From NCBI GenBank assembly GCA_965204755.1, contig OZ242011.1, positions 3,744,001 through 3,808,000 on the forward strand: 64,000 bases of DNA. The letters are read 5' to 3'. The translations under genes and the position numbers were made by a program. This document shows, in pieces, positions 7,405 to 17,725 of this stretch; position 1 is the stretch's first letter; each line of letters starts with the position of its first letter. This DNA is from Candidatus Marinacidobacterium sp. GTDB taxonomy: Bacteria > Acidobacteriota > Vicinamibacteria > Marinacidobacterales > Marinacidobacteraceae. The notes under the pieces were generated by a model, which was given only the letters and a program-made list of their open reading frames with translations, ran no database searches and was not told where the DNA came from.

Positions 7405-10130
7405 GGATCGAGGCCGCGGCGGAGGTCGTAGAGCAGGTCGAGCGCCTCGCGGGGGGTGAGGGCGTCCGGATCGGTTCCCCGCAGGCGCTCGAGCAAGGGG
7501 TGGGGAGGCGCCGCGGCCGGGGGAGGCGCGGCCCGACCCGGCCGCGGCGCGGGAGGCGGCGACCGCCCTTCCGCCCCGAAGCCGCCCAGGCGCTCCGGGT
7601 CGAGGCCGTCCAGCACCTCCTTGGCGCGCTCGACCACCGCCGGGGGGATTCCGGCCAGCCGCGCGACCTGGATGCCGTAACTCCGCCGGGCGCCGCCGGC
7701 GGCGACCCGCCGCAGGAAGACGATCTCCTCCCCGTGCTCCCGGGCGGCCACATGGAAGTTCACCACGCCCGGTTCCGCCTCCGCCAGGCCCACCAGTTCG
7801 TGGTAGTGCGTCGCGAACAGGGTCTTCATCCGGAGGTTCGGGCGGCGGGCGATGTACTCCACGATGGCCCAGGCGAGCGAGAGCCCGTCGTAGGTCGCCG
7901 TGCCCCGTCCGACTTCGTCGAGCAGCACCAGGCTGTTCGGGGTGGCGTGGTGGAGGATGTGCGCGGTCTCCTCCATCTCGGTGAGGAAGGTGGATCGGCC
8001 CCGGGCGAGGTCGTCGGAAGCGCCGACCCGGGCGAAGACCCGGTCGCAGACCGGAAGCCGGGCGGCGGCGGCCGGCACGAAGCAGCCGGCCTGGGCCATG
8101 ATCTGGTGGAGCGCCGCCTGCCGGAGGAAGGTGGACTTCCCGCCCATGTTCGGGCCGGTCAGGATCATCAGGAAGCCGCGCCCGTCGAGGCTGAGGTCGT
8201 TCGGCACGAAACTGTCCGGGAGGAGCGCCTCCACGACCGGATGGCGGCCGGCCGAGACCTCGAGGTCGTAGCCGTCGTGGATCTCGGGTTTGACATAGCC
8301 GCGCCGGGAGGCGGTGTCCGCGAACGCCGCGGTCACATCGGCCTCCGCCACGGCGGCGGCGACCCGCAGCAGGTCGCCTCCGGCGGCGGCGACCTCGTCC
8401 ACGACCGCGGCGAAGAGTTCCGCTTCGATCTCGCCGATCCGCGCCTCCGCGCCGGTGAGGCGCTGCTCGAACGCCTTGAGTTCCTCGGTCACATACCGCT
8501 CGGCGTTCACCAGGGTCTGCCGGCGCACATAGTCCTCGGGAACCCGCGCGGCGTGGCCCTTGCCGATTTCGATGGTGTATCCGAAGACCTGGTTGTAGCG
8601 GATCCGGAGCGAGGCGACGCCGGTGCGGGCGCGCTCCCGGCCTTCCAGGTCGCGGATCGCCGATCGGCCGCTCGAGCGCAGCCGCCGAAGGTCGTCGAGT
8701 TCCGCGGAGACGCCCTCCCGGATCAGGCTCCCGGGTTCCCGAACCACCCCGGGAGCGTCTTCGGCGATCGTCCCGGTGATGCGGTCGGCGACCGCGCGGA
8801 CGCCGCCCAGCCGGCCGCGGAGGTCCGCGAGCACCGGGCTCTCCGCCGGGGCGATCTCCGCCTCCAGGCGTTCGGCGGCCAGGATCGCCTCGGTGATCTT
8901 GAGGTATTCGCGGGGGCCGGCGATGCGGAGCGCCGCGCGCGACGCCAGCCGCTCCAAGTCGGGACAGCCGGCGAGCGGCTCGGCGGCGCCGCCGGCCCAC
9001 TCGGACGAACCCCACTCCGCCACGGCGTCGAGCCGGGCCCGGATGGCCGCGGCGTCGAGGAGCGGTTGCGCCAGGCGGCGGCGGAGCAGCCGGGCGCCCA
9101 TGCCGGTGGCGGTCCGGTCGAGGGTGACCGCGAGCGTCGTCTTGCCCCCGTCGCTTCCCGGCGAGGAGAGCGGGGCGAAGAGTTCGAGGTTCCGCTGGGT
9201 CAGCGGGTCCATGACCAGGCGCCCGGAATTGGAGATCCGGCGAAGACCGGCGATGTGGTTCAGCCGGGTGCGCTGCGTCTCGGTCAGGTAGGTGATCGCC
9301 GCCCCGGCGGCACAGGTCGCCGCCGGGCAGTCCTCGACCCCGAACGCGTCCAGCGAGGAGGTGCCGAAGTGCCGGAGGAGCGCGTCGCGGGCGTGTTCGT
9401 GTTCGAACCAGAACCCGGGGCGGACGGTCCGGAGCGGCCCCTCCTCGCCTTCGGCGGCGAGCGGCAGCGGCGGCGGGACTTCTTCCGGGGAGAGGAGTTC
9501 GCGGGGACGGAAGGCGGCCATCAACTCCACGCACTCCCGCGCGCCGTCCTCGGCGTGGAATTCGGCGGCGCTGAAGTCGCCGGTCGAAAGATCCACGAAA
9601 GCCGCGCCCAGCGCCCGACGGTCCTTCGCGCCCCATTCGCAGGCCGCCATCAGGTAGGCGCCCTCCGCGCCTTCGAGGTAGTCCGGATCGAGGTAGGTCG
9701 AAGGCGTCACCACCCGGGTGATCCGCCGCCGCACCGGCCCCCGGCTCTTCCCGGCCGGCTCCACCTGTTCGCAGACCGCCACGCGGTAACCGGCGCGGAC
9801 GAGCCGCCCCAGGTAGCCCTCCGCGGCGTGGTGGGGGACCCCGGCCATCGGGATGGCGACGCGGCGCTGATCCTTCTGCCGCGAAGTGACCGCGATGTCG
9901 AGGACCTTCGCCGCCGTCAGCGCGTCGTCGTAGAACAACTCGTAGAAGTCACCCATCCGGAAGAACAGGAGCGCGTCGCTGGCTTCCCGCTTCATCTCCA
10001 GGTACTGGCGCATCGCCGGCGAGGGGGCGGCGCCGGTGTCCTCGGCCTCGCGGGCGGGCGACGGGGAGCGCGCCGGCCGCTCCGGGAAGAGCGGGCGGAA
10101 CGCCCGCGAAGTCGGATCCTTCTTCGTCAT
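7401..10130 (-). CDS. mutS: DNA mismatch repair protein MutS
   Basis: Motifs FFRMGDFYELF, PMAGVP, Walker A TGPNMGGKST, STFLTEM, DEVGRGT, FATHYHEL, SYGIQVARLAG. Confidence 0.97.
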   Translation of the reverse strand: MTKKDPTSRAFRPLFPERPARSPSPAREAEDTGAAPSPAMRQYLEMKREASDALLFFRMGDFYELFYDDALTAAKVLDIAVTSRQKDQRRVAIPMAGVPHHAAEGYLGRLVRAGYRVAVCEQVEPAGKSRGPVRRRITRVVTPSTYLDPDYLEGAEGAYLMAACEWGAKDRRALGAAFVDLSTGDFSAAEFHAEDGARECVELMAAFRPRELLSPEEVPPPLPLAAEGEEGPLRTVRPGFWFEHEHARDALLRHFGTSSLDAFGVEDCPAATCAAGAAITYLTETQRTRLNHIAGLRRISNSGRLVMDPLTQRNLELFAPLSSPGSDGGKTTLAVTLDRTATGMGARLLRRRLAQPLLDAAAIRARLDAVAEWGSSEWAGGAAEPLAGCPDLERLASRAALRIAGPREYLKITEAILAAERLEAEIAPAESPVLADLRGRLGGVRAVADRITGTIAEDAPGVVREPGSLIREGVSAELDDLRRLRSSGRSAIRDLEGRERARTGVASLRIRYNQVFGYTIEIGKGHAARVPEDYVRRQTLVNAERYVTEELKAFEQRLTGAEARIGEIEAELFAAVVDEVAAAGGDLLRVAAAVAEADVTAAFADTASRRGYVKPEIHDGYDLEVSAGRHPVVEALLPDSFVPNDLSLDGRGFLMILTGPNMGGKSTFLRQAALHQIMAQAGCFVPAAAARLPVCDRVFARVGASDDLARGRSTFLTEMEETAHILHHATPNSLVLLDEVGRGTATYDGLSLAWAIVEYIARRPNLRMKTLFATHYHELVGLAEAEPGVVNFHVAAREHGEEIVFLRRVAAGGARRSYGIQVARLAGIPPAVVERAKEVLDGLDPERLGGFGAEGRSPPPAPRPGRAAPPPAAAPPHPLLERLRGTDPDALTPREALDLLYDLRRGLDP

Positions 10131-10388
10131 GGGGGAATGAGGCGGTCGGGACGCCCGGAAGGCGCCCCGAGCGTCCCCGGCGGCGGGAGCGGCGATCCGG
10201 CGAGGTGGGCGTACACGGGAGGCGGCGGTCGGGCGGGAGATGCGATTCTGCCCGAAATGCAGCGCCCTCCCGCAAACGCGACCGGAGCGGGGCGGCGAGG
10301 CGGCGAGCGCGGGGCCGACCGCTCGCCGTCGGCCGTTCTCGAGCGCCGGAGGAAATCTCCTCCGGCGGAGCGACCTTAGGATTCGCCC

Positions 10389-11207
10389 GTGAAGGAGAGC
10401 GGCGAGGGCGGGGGGCCGGTGCTCGCGTTCGACACGACCGGCTCTCCCGGCAGCGTCGCCGTCCTGCCGGCGGCGGCCGCGTCGCGGGCGTTTTCCGCCG
10501 AGGACTTCGGGGTCTCGGTCGAGGTCCTCGAACCGGCGCGAGCCCACGCCCGGAACCTCCTCCCGGCGATCCGCCGTCTGCTCGACGCCGCTTCCTCCGG
10601 AGGCGCGAGCCGTCCGCCGCCCGATCCGGCTGCTGCTGCCGGAGGCCCGTTGGCCGGGGTCGGGCTGCTGGCGGCAACCCGGGGGCCGGGCTCGTTCACC
10701 GGGCTGCGCGTCGGCTTGGCGACGCTGGGCGGTCTGGCGGCGGCCTCCGGTGTCCCGGCGGTCCCGGTGTCCGCGCTCGACGCCGCCGCCCTGACCGACA
10801 CCTTGGACGAGCCTCGCCCGCGGGAGCGTCGACTGGTCGTCGTGGACGCCCTCCGCGGGGAACTGTTCGCCGCGGCGTACGAAACCGGGGCAGGGAACGG
10901 GGGGGACCGCCGCGAGCCGATCCGCCCGGCGGGCGAACCCTTCCGGCTCCGGCCCGCCGCCGCGGGCGAGGCCGCCCGGCGCCTCGGGGCGAGCCGCATC
11001 GCCGGCCCCGGAGCGCTCCGGTATCGGGAGGAACTGCTCGCCTCGGCGGGCATCGGCGTCGAAGTGGCGGAGACCGCCCGCCCCCTTGCTCCGGCGGCCG
11101 CCCGCCTCGCGCTTCGGGCCCTCGCAGCCGGCCGGGAGTCGGCGGTCGGCAGGCTGCGGCCGCTCTATCTCCGCCCCCCGGACATCCACGGCTCCCGAAG
11201 CCGCTGA
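10389..11207 (+). CDS. tsaB: tRNA threonylcarbamoyladenosine biosynthesis protein TsaB
   Basis: Motifs VLAFDTT, GPGSFTGLRVG, DALRGELF, PLYLRPP. Confidence 0.92.
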   Translation: MKESGEGGGPVLAFDTTGSPGSVAVLPAAAASRAFSAEDFGVSVEVLEPARAHARNLLPAIRRLLDAASSGGASRPPPDPAAAAGGPLAGVGLLAATRGPGSFTGLRVGLATLGGLAAASGVPAVPVSALDAAALTDTLDEPRPRERRLVVVDALRGELFAAAYETGAGNGGDRREPIRPAGEPFRLRPAAAGEAARRLGASRIAGPGALRYREELLASAGIGVEVAETARPLAPAAARLALRALAAGRESAVGRLRPLYLRPPDIHGSRSR

Positions 11208-11213
11208 CCGGCG

Positions 11214-11289
11214 GTGGGGAGAGACCGGGGAGCGTCCGTCGGCGCGAGACGCCGACCGGGGAGGGCGCCCCGCCGCGAAACCGGACGGG
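11214..11289 (-). repeat. Degenerate MITE fragment (inverted)
   Basis: Reverse complement contains GGTTTCGCGGCGGGGCG and CCCTCCCCGGTCGGCG..TCGCGCCGACGG..GCTCCCCGG, shared with 3636-3856. Confidence 0.7.
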
Positions 11290-11415
11290 GATTTCGGGGC
11301 CTTTCCGGTAGTGGAGCGGAGGGCGGGGCGCTCTCCCCGCGGGCTGCTACGCTACGCATCCGTCGCGTGTGATCGCCGGCTTGAGTTCCGTTCCGCCCGT
11401 TTTCCGGAGGCGCCC

Positions 11416-11667
11416 ATGAGTTCGTCCGAATCCCTCCCGGCAGAAGCCGAGCCCCAACGGCCGCCCGTCCCGTCGTCCGGGGAGTCGCCCCGGCCCGGGA
11501 CGGACCTCGACGAGTTGATCCGCCAGCACCGCGAGTTGGACGACCGGCTCCAGGAGATGGCCCGGCGCCGCTCCCTCACCCCCGAGGAACAGCACGAGGC
11601 GGCGGTGATGAAGAAGCGGAAACTGGCGCTCAAGGACCGGATCGCGGCGCTGACCGCTTCGGCCTGA
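11416..11667 (+). CDS. YdcH/DUF465 family small coiled-coil protein
   Basis: GGAGG RBS; LIRQHRELDDRL...MKKRKLALKDRI. Confidence 0.85.
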   Translation: MSSSESLPAEAEPQRPPVPSSGESPRPGTDLDELIRQHRELDDRLQEMARRRSLTPEEQHEAAVMKKRKLALKDRIAALTASA

Positions 11668-11694
11668 CCGGGGGCTCCGGGAAGGGGTCGCGCC

Positions 11695-12336
11695 ATGAGG
11701 CTGCCGTTCGCTCGGGAAGGCGCGCCGTTCATCGCCGCCCCCGCGGCGTTCGCCCTCCTCGCCGCCGCTTTCGGCCTCCTTTCGGGAGAGGCCGTCCTTC
11801 TCGGGGCGGCAGCCGCTCTCGCGGCGGCGGCGGCGCTGTGCGCGTTCTTCTTTCGCGATCCGGAGCGGCGACCGCCGGATCGCGAGGACGCGGTGGTCGC
11901 CCCCGCCGACGGACGGGTGACCGCGGTGACCGGCGGCGACAGCGGCGGTCCGGGACACCGGGTGAGCATCTTCCTCTCGCTCTTCGATGTCCATGTGAAC
12001 CGGTCGCCGGCCGCAGGCCGGGTCGCTTCGGTCACTTACCGGCCCGGCGCCTTCCGCGCCGCCTTCCGGGCGGACGCGGCCGAGCGGAACGAGCGGAACG
12101 AATTGGAGATCGAGTGCGGCCGGGGCCCTCTCCGCGTCCGGCAGATCGCCGGCGTGGTGGCGCGGCGCATCGTGTGCCGGGCGGCGCCAGGGGAGCGCCT
12201 GCGGCGGGGCGAGCGTTTCGGGCTCATCCGCTTCGGCTCGCGGGCGGAGGTGCTGCTCCCCCCGGATTGCCGACCGACCGTGCGGCCCGGAGACCGGGTC
12301 CGGGGCGGCGAGACCGTGATCGCCCTCTGGTCGTGA
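11695..12336 (+). CDS. psd: Phosphatidylserine decarboxylase proenzyme
   Basis: Motifs FFRDPER, APADGRV, IFLSLFDVHVNRSP, NERN, self-cleavage site FGS. Confidence 0.93.
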   Translation: MRLPFAREGAPFIAAPAAFALLAAAFGLLSGEAVLLGAAAALAAAAALCAFFFRDPERRPPDREDAVVAPADGRVTAVTGGDSGGPGHRVSIFLSLFDVHVNRSPAAGRVASVTYRPGAFRAAFRADAAERNERNELEIECGRGPLRVRQIAGVVARRIVCRAAPGERLRRGERFGLIRFGSRAEVLLPPDCRPTVRPGDRVRGGETVIALWS

Positions 12337-13097
12337 AGCGGCGCGGGCTCCGCACGCGCCGCGGCGTCTTCGTCCTGCCGGCGCTGTTCACCGTCTCCAA
12401 CATCTTCTTCGGGGTCTTCTCGATCATCCGGAGCGTCTCCGGCGACCCCGGGGGCGCGGCGCTCGCCATCGGGTTCGCCATCCTCGCGGACCTGGTGGAC
12501 GGGCGGGTGGCCCGCTTCGCCGCCGCCACCAGCGACTTCGGACGGGAACTCGATTCCCTCGCGGACATGTGCTCGTTCGGCGTGGCCCCCGCGGTGCTCG
12601 CCCATGTCTGGAGCCTCCACCGTTGGGACCAGACCGGCTGGTTGGTGGCGGCCCTGTTCGTGATCTGCGCGGCGATCCGCCTCGCTCGATTCAATGTCGG
12701 CCGCCTGGACTCCGACCCGCGGTTCTACACGGGCCTGCCCAGCCCCGCGGCGGCGGCGGTGGTCGGGGCGGTGGTCTATGCCAGCCCGGAGACCCCCGCC
12801 GGCGACGCGGCGGCGGCGGCCGCCCTCGCCGGGGCGGTGGCCCTGGCGCTGCTCATGAACAGTCCGGTGCGCTTCCTGAGTTTCAAGGCGCTGACCGGGC
12901 GGCGCCCGCACTCGCACCGAACGCTGGTGGTCGTCGCCGCGTTCATCGTGGCCGCGGTCGCGGAGCCGGTAGTCATGTTCCTGTTCCTCGCCGGGGGCTA
13001 CGCGCTCCATCCGCTGGGCCGGGGGGCGCTCCGACTGGCCCGCCCGCGCCGCTCCTCCGTCCGGCGCCCCGCGGCGGAGGAGCCGTCGAGCCGCTGA
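12333..13097 (+). CDS. pssA: CDP-diacylglycerol--serine O-phosphatidyltransferase
   Basis: Motifs LPALFT, DLVDGRVAR, FGRELDSLAD, RLARFN, GLPSP. Coupled to psd. Confidence 0.92.
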   Translation: MKRRGLRTRRGVFVLPALFTVSNIFFGVFSIIRSVSGDPGGAALAIGFAILADLVDGRVARFAAATSDFGRELDSLADMCSFGVAPAVLAHVWSLHRWDQTGWLVAALFVICAAIRLARFNVGRLDSDPRFYTGLPSPAAAAVVGAVVYASPETPAGDAAAAAALAGAVALALLMNSPVRFLSFKALTGRRPHSHRTLVVVAAFIVAAVAEPVVMFLFLAGGYALHPLGRGALRLARPRRSSVRRPAAEEPSSR

Positions 13098-13118
13098 GCG
13101 GTCCCGGCCCGCCGGCCG

Positions 13119-13586
13119 TCAGCGCGTCCAGATACTGAGTTCGCGGAGGCGCCAGCCGCCGCCGGCGTCCGGGGTCTCGCGTCCCAGCCCGATGCGGAAA
13201 CGCTCGGTGAGCATCCGGTCTTCGCCGAGCGCCATGCTCGTCCACTCGGGAGACAGGAGGACATAGTTCCCGTCGGGAGCGTGGTGGATGGAGTCCGGGC
13301 GTTCCCGCCAGGCGAGCGGGGCGCGGTCGCGGAACAGGCGGGTGAGCCGGCGGCGCAACTCCGGGCCCGCGGCGCTCCGGGCGGGTTCTCCGGCGAAGGC
13401 GGCGACGGTCCAGTCGTCCGGGTAGAGGCCGTCGAGCCGCGCCGCATCGCCGCGCTCGAACGCCTCGCGCAACCGGCCGAGCGCGTCTTCGAGCGTTTCG
13501 GGAGGCGCCGCGCCGCCCGTCCCGACTCCGCAGGAGCACGCCAGCGCCGCGGAAATCGCGAGCGCGGCCGCGAGGGACGCCCTCAT
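13119..13586 (-). CDS. Hypothetical lipoprotein, possibly NTF2-like fold
   Basis: Signal peptide with lipobox-like LACSC; ends in GGWRL; ATG overlaps the kinase stop. Confidence 0.65.
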   Translation of the reverse strand: MRASLAAALAISAALACSCGVGTGGAAPPETLEDALGRLREAFERGDAARLDGLYPDDWTVAAFAGEPARSAAGPELRRRLTRLFRDRAPLAWRERPDSIHHAPDGNYVLLSPEWTSMALGEDRMLTERFRIGLGRETPDAGGGWRLRELSIWTR

Positions 13587-16500
13587 GGATCGCCGCCCTC
13601 TTCGTTCGGCCGGAAACGGGGGAACAGCACCGTGATCACGAGGCCCCGGCGGCCGTCGGCCCGCGGTCCGGCGCTGATCCGTCCGCCGTGGGCTTCGGCG
13701 AAGCGGCGCGCGTTCGCGAGGCCGAGTCCGGAACCGCGGGTGCGGGTGGAGAAAGCCGCGTCGAAGATCCGTTCGCGGAGTTCTTCCGGGACGCCCGGCC
13801 CGCGGTCCTCGACTTCGAGCCGCGCCCGGTCCGAAGCCGGGTCCGAGCGCACCCGCAGGACGATTTCGGTCTCCTCTTCCGGGTTCTCGCCGCGGAGATC
13901 CGCGGTCGCCTCAACGGCGTTCTGGAGGAGGTTCTCGACGAGGCGGGAGACGATTTCGGGGTCGGCGCGCACGAGCGCGGGCGCCGGCGCCCGGCAGACC
14001 ACCCGCGGCTTGGACGCCCGCTCCCACGGTCTCGCGGTGGCCCGCACCAGTTCCGCCAGGTCGAGGATCTCGAGTCGGAGCGGGGCGCCGACGGCGGAGA
14101 ACTCGGAGGAGATCCGGCGCAGGCGGCGGACCTGCCCCAGGATGTCGTCCACGCTCTCGTCCACCGCGCTCGCCGGGTCCCGGTCGCGCGGGTCGCGGAG
14201 CACCCGGCGGATGTAGTCGGCGGAGATCCCGATCGGCGCCAGGGCGTTCCGGATGTCGTGCGCGACGCGCCGGGTGAGGTCGGCCGCGGCCTCCTCGCGC
14301 ATCCGCCGCCGCACCGAGGGGACCCGGCGGGCGAGGCGCTCCACGCTGGCGCCCAGGATGCGCAGTTCGTCCACCGCGCCGTGGAGCGGCTCGGCGCTGG
14401 CGGCTCGGCCCTCGGCGATCTGCCGGGTCGCGTGCGAGAGCCGCCGGACCGGCGCCGCGATGCGCCGGGCGACGAAGCCGGGCAGGAGAACGGCGAACAC
14501 GAGCGCCACCGAGCCGCTGCCGAACAGGAGCGCCCGCTGCATGGCCCGGACGCCGGCGGTCCGCGTTTCCTCGTCCGCGGGGAGCGGCACGGCGAGGAAG
14601 GCCGGCGCCCGGTCGGCGGCAGCCGGGACCGGCATCCAGGCGATGCGGTAACGGAACGCGCCGGCGTCCCGAAGCCGGAGGAGCGGCGCGGGAGGGCCGA
14701 ACGCCGTCTCCGGCGGCGGGCGGGACGGCAGGAGTCCGCCGGGAAGGAGTTCGGGGCGGCTGGCGGCGACCAGCCGACCGTCGGCGTAGAGGGCGGCGTC
14801 GGCGGCGACCTGGTCGGCGGCGTGGGCGAGCCGGGACGACAACTCCTCGCCGCCCGCCTCGAGATCCAGCGCGCCGAGTTCCGAGGCGATCCGCGCCGCG
14901 GTCTCGGCGAGCGCGAGCGCCTCCTCGGCGCGGGCCTCGTCCAGGAAAGCGGACAGCCGGCGTTCCACGAATACGGCGAGGCCGAGGATGGCGATCAGGA
15001 CGGCGCCGGCGACCGCTTCCGTGAGTTGCATCCGCAGGCTGCGCCGCCGCGGCCGGTCGGCGGCGCCGGGAGCGAGGAGGCGGAGGCGGGCGCCCAGCGC
15101 GGCGAGGAGCGCGAGGAGCGCGGCGAGGAAGAGCCAACCGGCGGCGCGCGCGGCGTGCCCGGCGGCGCCGATCTTGGGCCAGGAGATCGCGTAAGGACCG
15201 GCGGCGCCGCTGACCGCAGCCGAGTTCCGGCCCGGCGGAACCGGGACGCCCGCGGCGTGGAGCCGCAGGCCGCGCCGGGCCGAACCGCCGGAGAACACTC
15301 CGGGCGCGGCGCCGCCGGCGAGGTGGAAGTGGGCCGAAGTTCCCGCCGGGGGCGGGAGGAACGCCATCTCTTCCGGACGCGCGGCGGCGGTGAGGGTGAG
15401 TGAGTATCCGGAGGGATAGCGGCGGCGGGCGGTGATGGCCGCCGCTCCGGGCCCGCTCCCCGGAGGGGCCGCCGGCGGGTTGGCGCAGCCGTCGAGGCCC
15501 GTCCACTCCGGGGGGGCGGGCGAGGAGTCCGGGGGCGCCGGCCTCCGGTCGAAGCCGACCCGGAACCGGGAGACGACGCCCTCCGGCCCCCGCGCCTCCA
15601 GCGCGCTCGCCGCCGGGGACCGCGCCAGTCCGGTGGTGAGCCACAGCCGGTAGGCGGTGTCTGGCCCCACCGAGTCGAGTCGCGGCAGTTCCTCGTCGAG
15701 TTGGCGCGCCGCTTCGGAAGCGGCGTAGCACACCGAGAGCGCGTGGCGCGCCGCGAGCCGCGGGACCGTCTCTTCGGCGTAACGCCGCCGGGCGCCTTCT
15801 TCCGCGAAATGGAGGGCCGGGTAGAGCAGCAGCGCGGGGAAGGCGAACAGGAGGAAGGCCAGGGCGAAGGCGTAGCCGGGCTGGTGGGCGAGGAGCGGGC
15901 GGCGGAGCCCGCGGAGCGCGAGCCGCCCGCGGGAGGTCGAGACCGCGAGCCAGGCCCCGAACAGCGGCAGGACGGCGGCGGCGGCCGGGCCGGGAGAGAT
16001 CAGGAGGGCGGACAGCCCGAGGACGGCGAGGGCGGCGGCGGTGGCGAGCCGCTCGCGGCGCAACAGCCGCGCCGCCGCGAGGGCGCCGGCGCTCGCGGTG
16101 AGGAGCAGGGCCGTCCAGGCCGCGATCTCCACGAGGCCGGTCTCGAGTTCCCAGACCGGTGCGAGCGGGAGGCTGCCCACGCGGCCGGCGAAGACGCCGG
16201 GGACGGCGGCGAGGAGGCAGAGGGCGCCGGCGGCCGCGCCGCGGGTGGCCAGGTAGGGGGCGCCCCGGGAACCGAACCGCGGTCGGCGCCCCGGAATCCA
16301 GGTCGCGAGGACCCGGGCGGAGAGGAAGACCGCGACCGCGGTGAGGAGCGAGTCCAGCGGCGTCTCCGCCAACCCGGGCAGCGGCAGCGGCAGCGGCAGC
16401 GCGCCGGACGCCGGAGAGAGGAGACCGGAGACCCCGGGGATGGCGCTGAACCGGGCGGCGCCGGTGTCGAAGAGGACGCCGAGCGCCAGCCGGAGTGACC

Positions 16501-17653
16501 AGATCCGGACCAAACTCGCTCCCGGGTCGGGGATGGCCGCCGCTCGGGAGGGGCGGGCCCCCGCCGGGGCGAGCCCGGCCGCCGCGGCGACGATCGCCCC
16601 CGCCAGCAGCGCGAGCGAAGCGAAGAACGCCGCTTCCGCCCGCCGTTCCCGGAGTTTGGCGGCGACCGGGGCGACGGCGGTGTTCGCGGCGCCGAGCAAC
16701 TGCCCGTCGTAGGCGCGGAGGGCGAAGAAGTACCGCTCCGCGCCGGCCGGCCCGTCGAGGAACGACTCTCCCCGGCGGTCGAACAGGCGGGTGAGCGCCT
16801 CCGGCGCCTCCCCGGCGCGGAGCAGTTGGATCTCCATGCTCCGCCCCGCCGCCGCTTCGACGGCCGAGACCGGGCGGATCCCGGAGGCGGGGGCGGGCGT
16901 CCCGGTGATCGGGAGTTCCACGGTGACCAGGCCGAGCCCGTTCCTCAGGCACTCGGCGGCCAGGAGCCAGCGCCGCGCCCCCTGTTCGTAGGTGGTGAAG
17001 AGCGGGAGGGCCGGATCCGGGCAGTCGTCCTCGGTGACGCCTTCCGGGAACAGGCGCTCGAGCAGCGGGCCGAGGTCGGGGCCGCCGCCCGACCAGACCA
17101 CCGGCTCCAGGCGGCGGTCGTACAGGGCCGCTTCGGCCGGGCCGGCCGCGCCCCGCGGAAGGGGCCAGGCGGAGAGCGCCCGCCACGCGGCCCCGTCCAG
17201 GTCGGGCAGGTCGGAGCCTTCCACGGCCGCGGCGAGCCGGGGCGCGCGGGCGAGCAGGTAGGCGGCGTCGCCGATCTCGCGGGTCTTCTCCGAAAGCCAG
17301 AGACCGGCGCGCTCGGCGGCGCGTTCCGCGGCGCCGGGCCCGGCGGTCGGCGCCCGCTCGAGCGGCAGCCGGCAGGCGAGGGCGGCGAGCGAAGCCAGCG
17401 GCAGCGCGAGCGCCGCTGTCCGGGGGAAGCGGATTCCTCCGTTCCCCGCCGGCCGCGACGCGGTCTTTCCCGCGGAAACTCCGATTCGGAGGCACCAGAC
17501 GGCGCCGGCGGCGAAGATCGTCCAGTGGAGCGCCGCCGGGTGTCCGAAGCGGTCGGACACCGCCACCACGGCGAAGAGGAAGACGAGTTGGGTCGCCGCC
17601 CGGCGGGCGCGCGGGCTTCCGAGCCCGCGGCGCGCGGCGGCGAGGAAGGGCAC
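13583..17653 (-). CDS. Large multi-pass membrane sensor histidine kinase (HAMP-HisKA-HATPase_c)
   Basis: H-box RRVAHDIRNALAP, N-box ENLLQNAVEA, G1 DRGPGV, G2 GSGLGLA, many TM segments. The GTG 17653 start is uncertain. Confidence 0.85.
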   Translation of the reverse strand: MPFLAAARRGLGSPRARRAATQLVFLFAVVAVSDRFGHPAALHWTIFAAGAVWCLRIGVSAGKTASRPAGNGGIRFPRTAALALPLASLAALACRLPLERAPTAGPGAAERAAERAGLWLSEKTREIGDAAYLLARAPRLAAAVEGSDLPDLDGAAWRALSAWPLPRGAAGPAEAALYDRRLEPVVWSGGGPDLGPLLERLFPEGVTEDDCPDPALPLFTTYEQGARRWLLAAECLRNGLGLVTVELPITGTPAPASGIRPVSAVEAAAGRSMEIQLLRAGEAPEALTRLFDRRGESFLDGPAGAERYFFALRAYDGQLLGAANTAVAPVAAKLRERRAEAAFFASLALLAGAIVAAAAGLAPAGARPSRAAAIPDPGASLVRIWSLRLALGVLFDTGAARFSAIPGVSGLLSPASGALPLPLPLPGLAETPLDSLLTAVAVFLSARVLATWIPGRRPRFGSRGAPYLATRGAAAGALCLLAAVPGVFAGRVGSLPLAPVWELETGLVEIAAWTALLLTASAGALAAARLLRRERLATAAALAVLGLSALLISPGPAAAAVLPLFGAWLAVSTSRGRLALRGLRRPLLAHQPGYAFALAFLLFAFPALLLYPALHFAEEGARRRYAEETVPRLAARHALSVCYAASEAARQLDEELPRLDSVGPDTAYRLWLTTGLARSPAASALEARGPEGVVSRFRVGFDRRPAPPDSSPAPPEWTGLDGCANPPAAPPGSGPGAAAITARRRYPSGYSLTLTAAARPEEMAFLPPPAGTSAHFHLAGGAAPGVFSGGSARRGLRLHAAGVPVPPGRNSAAVSGAAGPYAISWPKIGAAGHAARAAGWLFLAALLALLAALGARLRLLAPGAADRPRRRSLRMQLTEAVAGAVLIAILGLAVFVERRLSAFLDEARAEEALALAETAARIASELGALDLEAGGEELSSRLAHAADQVAADAALYADGRLVAASRPELLPGGLLPSRPPPETAFGPPAPLLRLRDAGAFRYRIAWMPVPAAADRAPAFLAVPLPADEETRTAGVRAMQRALLFGSGSVALVFAVLLPGFVARRIAAPVRRLSHATRQIAEGRAASAEPLHGAVDELRILGASVERLARRVPSVRRRMREEAAADLTRRVAHDIRNALAPIGISADYIRRVLRDPRDRDPASAVDESVDDILGQVRRLRRISSEFSAVGAPLRLEILDLAELVRATARPWERASKPRVVCRAPAPALVRADPEIVSRLVENLLQNAVEATADLRGENPEEETEIVLRVRSDPASDRARLEVEDRGPGVPEELRERIFDAAFSTRTRGSGLGLANARRFAEAHGGRISAGPRADGRRGLVITVLFPRFRPNEEGGDP

Positions 17654-17725
17654 GACAGACGGGAAACGGGCGGGAGAGGCGGGGGACTCGGCCGGAGGGT
17701 GGACGCTTACAGTACCGACGCGCCG

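Noticed and set aside
10344-10367. Perfect 10-bp hairpin between the divergent mutS and tsaB genes as a terminator
   Set aside because: No U-tract and it lies between gene starts; function cannot be supported.
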